IMG/VR virus record: IMGVR_UViG_3300042090_003221
Coordinates: 51,812 to 115,811 of that record
Strand: one strand, 5' to 3'
Length of the DNA stretch: 64,000 nt
Source of the DNA: a virus
Under the pieces are notes generated by a model. It ran no database searches. It was not told the DNA's origin and was given only the letters and a program-made list of their open reading frames with translations. Below, in pieces: positions 57,341 to 64,000 of this stretch. Both the position numbers and the translations under genes were made by a program. How positions within the stretch are numbered: position 1 is the stretch's first letter; every line of letters starts with the position of its first letter.

Positions 57341-59709
57341 GTTGGTTTCGCTCGCCCTCAAATCAGACCAAGCCGGACTACACCGGCCTGCAACTGCAAA
57401 CATCGGTCTCGACGCTGCCGATTCCGATCTGCTGGGGCCAGACCAAACTCGCGCCGAACATCATCTTCTACAGCAATTTTCAAACGAACGCCGTCAGGAG
57501 CGGCAAGGGCGGCCTGTTCAGCGCGCCGACGACCGGATACACCTACAGCGCCGACATCATCATGGCGCTGTGCGAAGGGCCGATTTCCAACATCGGCTAT
57601 ATCTGGCGCGACCAGTCGACCTACACGCTCGCAAACCTCGGCCTGGCGCTCTACGAAGGCGCGACGCCGCAGACGATGTGGGGCTATCTCGCGAGCACAT
57701 ACCCGACCGAGGCGCTCGCCTATCAGGGCACGGCCTATGTGTGCGCGGCCAACTATCAGCTCGGAGGCGCCGCCGACGTCGGCAACCACAATTTCGAGGT
57801 GATGGGCGCCCTCGCCGGCACCGGAATCAACGGCGTCGACGCCGACCCTGCGCAGGTCGTTTACGATTTCCTCACCAATGCGCAGTACGGCGCGGGCTTC
57901 AATCCCGCTTCGATCAATCTGACGACGCTGTACGGCTCCGGCGGCGACGCCTCGCTGCAAACCTATTGCAAGGCGATGGGCATCGCCTTCTCGCCGCTGT
58001 TGACCAGCCCCGAGCAGGGGTCTTCAGTCCTCGCGCGCTGGCTGCAACTCGTCAATTGCGCGGCGGTCTGGTCGGGCGGGCAGCTCAAGTTCATCCCCTA
58101 TGGCGACCTGCCTATCGCGTCGGGCGATGTCACGACGACGCAGACGGCGCCGATCCCGATCCCTGCGCAGGAGAGCAACGGCAGCTACCCCGCGCCGGCC
58201 ATCGTCATCGCGACGCCGGCCAATTTCGTCGCCGACGGCGGGGTGGTCTACTCTTTCACGGGTCGGGCGCTGACCTATGTCGGGACGAGCGCGCCGGGCG
58301 CCAACGGGCAATACGGAATCTCGCCTGCAGGAACCTATCTGTTCCACTACGGCGACCAGGGTGCGCCGGTGACGATCACGGCGACCGTCGCCGTGCCGGT
58401 CTCCTACGTTCCCAATCTGACGCCGGTCTATTCACTGACCGATCTCGATTTCATCGACGAGAGGGGCGACAAGGACCCGGTCCAGGCGCAGCGAGTCGAT
58501 CCCTACAGCCTCCCGACCATCCAGCGCATCGAATGTCTGTCGCGCGACAATCAATACGCGACGACGCCGGTCGAGGCGCGCGACCAGTCGCAAATCGAGC
58601 TTTTCGGGACGCGGGTGGGGTCGACGATCCAGGCGAACGAGATTTGCGACGAGGTCATGATCGGTCCGATCGTCGCGCAGACGATTCTGCAGCGGCAGCT
58701 TTATGTCCGCACCCACTACACGTTCAAGCTCAGCTTCGAATATTGCCTGCTCGATCCGATGGACGTGGTGACGATCACCGACGCCAACCTCGGCCTTGTC
58801 GCTTATCCCGTCCGCATCGTCAGCATCGACGAGGACGATCGGGGGGTGTTGGCGGTCACGGCGGAGGAGCTCGTTCTCGGCGTCTCCACGCCCAGCGCCA
58901 ATCCTTCGAGCGGCGCCGTTTCGTTCCAGCCCAACCAGGGCGCGGCGGCGGCTTCGATCAATCCGCCGCTCCTTTACGAGCCGCCCCCGGCGCTGACCGG
59001 CAATATCGCGCAGGTCTGGGTCGGCTCGAGCGGCGGCTCCGGCGGCGTCGCCGACCCCAACTGGGGCGGCGCGTTCGTCTGGGCGAGCGTCGACAATGCG
59101 ACCTACTCACAGATCGGCGTGATCACGCAAACATTGCGTCAGGGTGTGCTGACCGCGCCGCTGGCGAGCGCGAGCGGCTGGGATACGACGAACACGTTGA
59201 GCGTGAGCCTCGCGGAAAGCGGAGCGACGCTGTCGGGCACGAGCCTGGCGTCCGCGCAGGCCGCCGCGACGCTGACGCTCGTGGACAGCGAACTGCTCGC
59301 CTATGAGAACGCAGCTCTGTCGGGCGCGAACGCCTACAACCTGACTGGCCTGCAACGGGGCTACGCCGGCACGCCGCCGGCGGCGCACGCCGCGGGGGCG
59401 GCCTTTGCGCGCCTCGATTCGGCGGTAGTCAAATATGATCTGCCGGACACTTGGATCGGCGTGACGCTCTATTTCAAGTTTCAGTCTTTCAACGTCTTCG
59501 GCGCGGGTGCGCAGGATCTGTCGACCTGCGCGGTCTACAGCTATGCGCCGACGGGGGCCTCCTCGATCGGGCCGGTGACGCAGGCGCTGATGATCGGGAC
59601 GAACCTGGATTTCGGGCTCGTCAGCTCGCCGGCCGTCGAATCCGACGATTGGGGAACCGTTGCCGCCGCGGTGTTCGCGAGCGTCGATCTCGGCAACGTG
59701 ACGTCGTAA
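57337..59709 (+). CDS. Phage tail tip / host-specificity protein
   Basis: LQTS...PIPICWG, ALCEGPI, LLDPMDVVTI, LYFKFQSFNVFG. Confidence 0.85.
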   Translation: MSWFRSPSNQTKPDYTGLQLQTSVSTLPIPICWGQTKLAPNIIFYSNFQTNAVRSGKGGLFSAPTTGYTYSADIIMALCEGPISNIGYIWRDQSTYTLANLGLALYEGATPQTMWGYLASTYPTEALAYQGTAYVCAANYQLGGAADVGNHNFEVMGALAGTGINGVDADPAQVVYDFLTNAQYGAGFNPASINLTTLYGSGGDASLQTYCKAMGIAFSPLLTSPEQGSSVLARWLQLVNCAAVWSGGQLKFIPYGDLPIASGDVTTTQTAPIPIPAQESNGSYPAPAIVIATPANFVADGGVVYSFTGRALTYVGTSAPGANGQYGISPAGTYLFHYGDQGAPVTITATVAVPVSYVPNLTPVYSLTDLDFIDERGDKDPVQAQRVDPYSLPTIQRIECLSRDNQYATTPVEARDQSQIELFGTRVGSTIQANEICDEVMIGPIVAQTILQRQLYVRTHYTFKLSFEYCLLDPMDVVTITDANLGLVAYPVRIVSIDEDDRGVLAVTAEELVLGVSTPSANPSSGAVSFQPNQGAAAASINPPLLYEPPPALTGNIAQVWVGSSGGSGGVADPNWGGAFVWASVDNATYSQIGVITQTLRQGVLTAPLASASGWDTTNTLSVSLAESGATLSGTSLASAQAAATLTLVDSELLAYENAALSGANAYNLTGLQRGYAGTPPAAHAAGAAFARLDSAVVKYDLPDTWIGVTLYFKFQSFNVFGAGAQDLSTCAVYSYAPTGASSIGPVTQALMIGTNLDFGLVSSPAVESDDWGTVAAAVFASVDLGNVTS

Positions 59710-59879
59710 GGCGGGAGAATCGGATCGGCCGCAGCGCGGCCCCAGCCGCTTTGGCGAAGGCGCGGAAAGCGTTGGACGCGAAGCTGTCTCGACGGCGCGA
59801 AGCGGCGAGCGCCGGTCGCGGCGAGATGTGAATCAGTGAAATTGCAGCCGCCACAAAGGCTCAGCGCAAAGAGGTCACC

Positions 59880-61196
59880 ATGAAACAAATTCCTATCGCG
59901 CTGGCGGCGACGCTGGCGGCGATCTCGCTTGCTTCAGCTCAGACTTACATGGACAGCAAGGGAACCGTCGTTCCCGGAGTCGCGCCGCTCGTGGGCTGCT
60001 CGGCAGGCGGCAACTGCGCCGGGCCGGTGTCGGCGACTAACCCGTTGCCTGTCTCCGGCTCCCTCTCGGCGACGCTTAACGGCTTCCAGCCCGGCTCCGC
60101 CTATGCGACGCCGCTCGCCGCGTCGACCACATCGAGCCGCGTCGCGCTGCCGGCGGGCGCGGTCGTCGTCGTCTACAACACGGGCGCCAGCGCAGCCTAT
60201 GTGCAGCTCGGCGGGTCGAGCGTCGCGGCGACAAATGCGAACGATGTCGTCCCAGCGGGCGGCTGGATGGCGTTCACTGTCGGCGCCAACACGTATCTCG
60301 CGGCGATCACGTCGAGCGGGACAACGAGCCTCAACATTTCCGGCGGCTCGGGCTTGCCGACCGGAGTAGGCGGGGGTTCGAGCGGCTCGATCCCGACGGG
60401 GTCGGCCGGGTCGCCCAATGCGAGTGTAGTGAGCGTTCAAGGCGTCGGCGGCGGTTCGGCAGTTCCGGTGTCGGGAACGTTCTGGCAGACGACGCAGCCC
60501 GTCTCGCTCGCTTCTATTCCCGCGTTGACGGCCGGCGCCAACACCATCGGCGCCGTCACACAGGCAAGCGGGCCCTGGTCCGTCAATCACACCCAACTTA
60601 ATGGTGCGGCGCTCGGTTCGCCTACGACCTGGGGAACGGCGCCTACAGGCGCCGCCGTGCAAGGCGTCAACGCCGACGTGCTGGCGCTGCCGAGCCTGCC
60701 GACCGGCGCCAACACCATCGGCGCCGTCACACAGGCAAGCGGGCCCTGGTCTGTCAACCACACCCAACTTAATGGCGCGGCGCTCGGCTCGCCTACGACC
60801 TGGGGAACGGCGCCCACGGGCGCCGCCGTGCAAGGCGTCAACGCCGACGTGCTGGCGCTGCCGAGCCTGCCGACCGGCTCCAACACCATCGGCGCCGTGA
60901 GCGTGAACGGCAATTCCGGCGCGCCGACGCAGACGAGCGTCAGCGTCGCAACTTCGAGCACGACCGTGCTTGCCGCCTCGACGGCGACTTCGTTTCTCAA
61001 GCTGTGCGTTGCGCTCGGCGCGGCAAACGGCGTCTGGGTGCGCTGGGACGGCGCGACGGCGACGCTGGCCGCGCCGGCCGAATACATTCCGCCCGGCCAA
61101 TGCGACGCCTGGGTCAAATCGACCGGCTTCCTTCCGACATCGCAGATCAACGCCATCGCTTCGGCGACGGTCGCGGTCTCGCTGATCTACAATTGA
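59880..61196 (+). CDS. Signal-peptide-bearing beta-repeat protein
   Basis: MKQIPIALAATLAAISLASA; 57-aa tandem repeat. Confidence 0.7.
   Translation: MKQIPIALAATLAAISLASAQTYMDSKGTVVPGVAPLVGCSAGGNCAGPVSATNPLPVSGSLSATLNGFQPGSAYATPLAASTTSSRVALPAGAVVVVYNTGASAAYVQLGGSSVAATNANDVVPAGGWMAFTVGANTYLAAITSSGTTSLNISGGSGLPTGVGGGSSGSIPTGSAGSPNASVVSVQGVGGGSAVPVSGTFWQTTQPVSLASIPALTAGANTIGAVTQASGPWSVNHTQLNGAALGSPTTWGTAPTGAAVQGVNADVLALPSLPTGANTIGAVTQASGPWSVNHTQLNGAALGSPTTWGTAPTGAAVQGVNADVLALPSLPTGSNTIGAVSVNGNSGAPTQTSVSVATSSTTVLAASTATSFLKLCVALGAANGVWVRWDGATATLAAPAEYIPPGQCDAWVKSTGFLPTSQINAIASATVAVSLIYN
60532..60898 (+). repeat. 171-bp tandem repeat (about 2.1 copies)
   Basis: Copies start at 60532, 60703 and 60874; nearly identical DNA. 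Confidence 0.9.
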
Positions 61197-61206
61197 GGCC
61201 ATCATC

Positions 61207-62204
<998 letters not shown>

Positions 62205-62205
<1 letters not shown>

Positions 62206-62663
62206 TGCGCACCCGCATCTTCGTCCTCGTCCTCGCGGCGGCCTCGCCGGCATTTGCGTCGCCGCAGCGGTGCGCGCACATCACGGCCGGCGGCGTCGAC
62301 AACGTCGTGATCGCGGACCCCGTCGCGGGGCTGCCGGCCGGCGTCGATTGCTCCAACCCTGTCGCGCAAATCGGCTGGACCTTCGCGGGCGGCGTCTACA
62401 CGCCCGTCACGCCGCCTGTGGTCTATCAGATTAGCGGCCTTTCGTTCCTGCAATTCATGGCCCTGTTCTCGGCCGCCGAGCAGGCGGCGATTGTCACGTC
62501 TGCGGACACGCAGGTGCGCCTGTTCGTGCTGATGGCGGGCGGCGCCGGGTCGATTGATCTGACGAATTCGCAAGTCGTCGCGGGCGTCAACTATCTTGCG
62601 TCAATCAACCTCATCGCTCAGTCGCGCGCGGCCGCGGTCCTGTCCGGCGCGCCGCCGACCTAA
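62205..62663 (+). CDS. Fiber-associated hypothetical protein
   Basis: Coupled ORF; AQIGW..GG; FLQFMALF..AE.AAI. Confidence 0.6.
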
Positions 62664-62765
62664 CGTGCTGCGAGCGCCTTTGCATCTTCTCTCCGCCTGA
62701 ATGGGTCGTCGCCGCGGGCGCGCACGTTCGCGCCTCGCGATTTCGCCAGCAATGTGAGGCTGTCC

Positions 62766-63614
62766 ATGGATGTTATCCTGCCGCCTGTCGTGCAGAGGCC
62801 GACGCCGAACTACACGCCGTCGCTCATTCGACATGACCTCGTGGTCGTGCATCGCACCGAAGGCGGGTACGCGGGGGCTGTCGCGTGGTTGTGCGACCCG
62901 CGCGCGTGCGCGTCCGCGCATCTCGTCATGAAGGCGGACGGCTCCGAAGCGACGCAACTTGTCCCGCTGCAATATAAGGCGTGGGCGCAATGCGCGTTCA
63001 ACTCGGCGGGCGTCTCGCTTGAAATAGAGGGCTACACTGCGCAGGGGCTCGCCGACGACACGGCGAAGGCCGCCGCGCGAATCGTAGCTTGGCTATGCCG
63101 CGCCTATGCGATCCCGCCGACTTGGGCGCAGAGCGGGCAGGGGCGCGGAGTTTGCCAGCATCACGACCTCGGCGCCGCCGGCGGCGGTCATGTCGATTGC
63201 TCGGGCGTCGGCAGCGAAACCTGGCTTCGCTTCATGGGCTTCGTCAAGGAGTCGTTCGATGCTTTCGGCCCCGGCGCGCTTCCCGCCTTCGCGCTGCACG
63301 GGCTGCCGCAGCCGCACGAGATTGCGGTGGCGTCCGCAGCCGCGCCGGCGCCCTCGCATGGCGGCGCGGCGCGTTGCGAGCCCGGCGACGCGCCTGCGCA
63401 TCCGACCGCGTCCGGCTATCCCGCCGGCAGCGTCGCTGACCTGCAATGGCGGCTCAACAAGGCCGGCGCGTCGCCGGCGCTGCTTCTGGACGGCTTCATC
63501 GGCGATCGCACCCGCGAGGCGGTGGCCGCTTTCCAGAGCGCGCACGGGCTTTACCGCAATGGCGTCGCCGGGCCGATGACCCTCGCGGCGCTCGACGCTT
63601 TGACCCGGGCATGA
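62766..63614 (+). CDS. N-acetylmuramoyl-L-alanine amidase (Amidase_2) with a peptidoglycan-binding domain
   Basis: VVVHRTEG, SAH, AW, SLEIEG, HHDL..HVD; LQWRL..DG.IG..T..AV.AFQ..GL..GVAGP.T. Confidence 0.88.
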   Translation: MDVILPPVVQRPTPNYTPSLIRHDLVVVHRTEGGYAGAVAWLCDPRACASAHLVMKADGSEATQLVPLQYKAWAQCAFNSAGVSLEIEGYTAQGLADDTAKAAARIVAWLCRAYAIPPTWAQSGQGRGVCQHHDLGAAGGGHVDCSGVGSETWLRFMGFVKESFDAFGPGALPAFALHGLPQPHEIAVASAAAPAPSHGGAARCEPGDAPAHPTASGYPAGSVADLQWRLNKAGASPALLLDGFIGDRTREAVAAFQSAHGLYRNGVAGPMTLAALDALTRA

Positions 63615-63676
63615 ACTGACGCGCCCGGCCCCGGGACGCGGCAGCTTTTTTGGGGCGCAATCAAACGAGGTGAAAC

Positions 63677-64000
63677 ATGAGCATCAACTTCTCCGCCATC
63701 GGCTCCACGCTTTCCGGCATTCTCACGTCCGCCGGTCTGACTGGAGCCAACCTGACCTCGACGCTGTCGAGCCTGATCAAGTCGTCCAACCCCAACCAGT
63801 CCGACGAGCTGGCGATCTGCACGCAAATCCTGGTCGCCAGCGGCAACACCGCGTTGCAGCAGGCGCTGGCGACGAAACTTGCGACGGAGGTCGGCATTCC
63901 CGCCGACGCCGCCGCTCTGGCGATGTCGCTCGGCTCGCCCGGCGTCGATATTCCGAACCGCGTGTTGCAGATCGAGTCGCTGATCAGGGCCGGGACCTGA
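63677..64000 (+). CDS. Hypothetical protein
   Basis: RBS gaggtg; 107-aa ORF. Confidence 0.55.
   Translation: MSINFSAIGSTLSGILTSAGLTGANLTSTLSSLIKSSNPNQSDELAICTQILVASGNTALQQALATKLATEVGIPADAAALAMSLGSPGVDIPNRVLQIESLIRAGT

Overview
Positions 1 to about 52102 are the right-hand ~52 kb of a high-GC, temperate, alphaproteobacterial-type prophage. Its right end is marked by a duplicated tRNA-Pro-like 3' end (att core, 52080-52102) next to a tyrosine integrase. On the minus strand lie head genes (MuF, DUF1073-type portal, TerL, TerS), three DNA methyltransferases (one interrupted by an intein), two tRNAs plus an atypical tRNA-like gene, and replication genes. A cro/cI switch with palindromic operators sits at about 38.4 kb, and the plus-strand early-left operon carries HNH, Bet/RecT, NinB, ProQ/FinO and the integrase. 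Beyond att is a separate plus-strand GTA-like baseplate/tail-tip and amidase cluster. Two systems stand out. (1) At 45.3-47.2 kb, ten stem-loop units with the core CCN-9nt-TG-loop-CCN-9nt-TG are embedded in frame inside two genes, one of which encodes a Nop/IS110-related protein with no nuclease domain. This looks like a dual-coded TIGR-TasA-type RNA-guided system. (2) At 0.5-8.3 kb, three paralogous head-cargo-like proteins share A-x-D motifs and a WIT(V/I)H module but carry different C-terminal effectors (a RelA/SpoT toxSAS-like domain and two HExxH metallopeptidases). They are faced by antisense candidate immunity genes, including a small alarmone hydrolase. All calls come from reading motifs by eye; no database searches were run.
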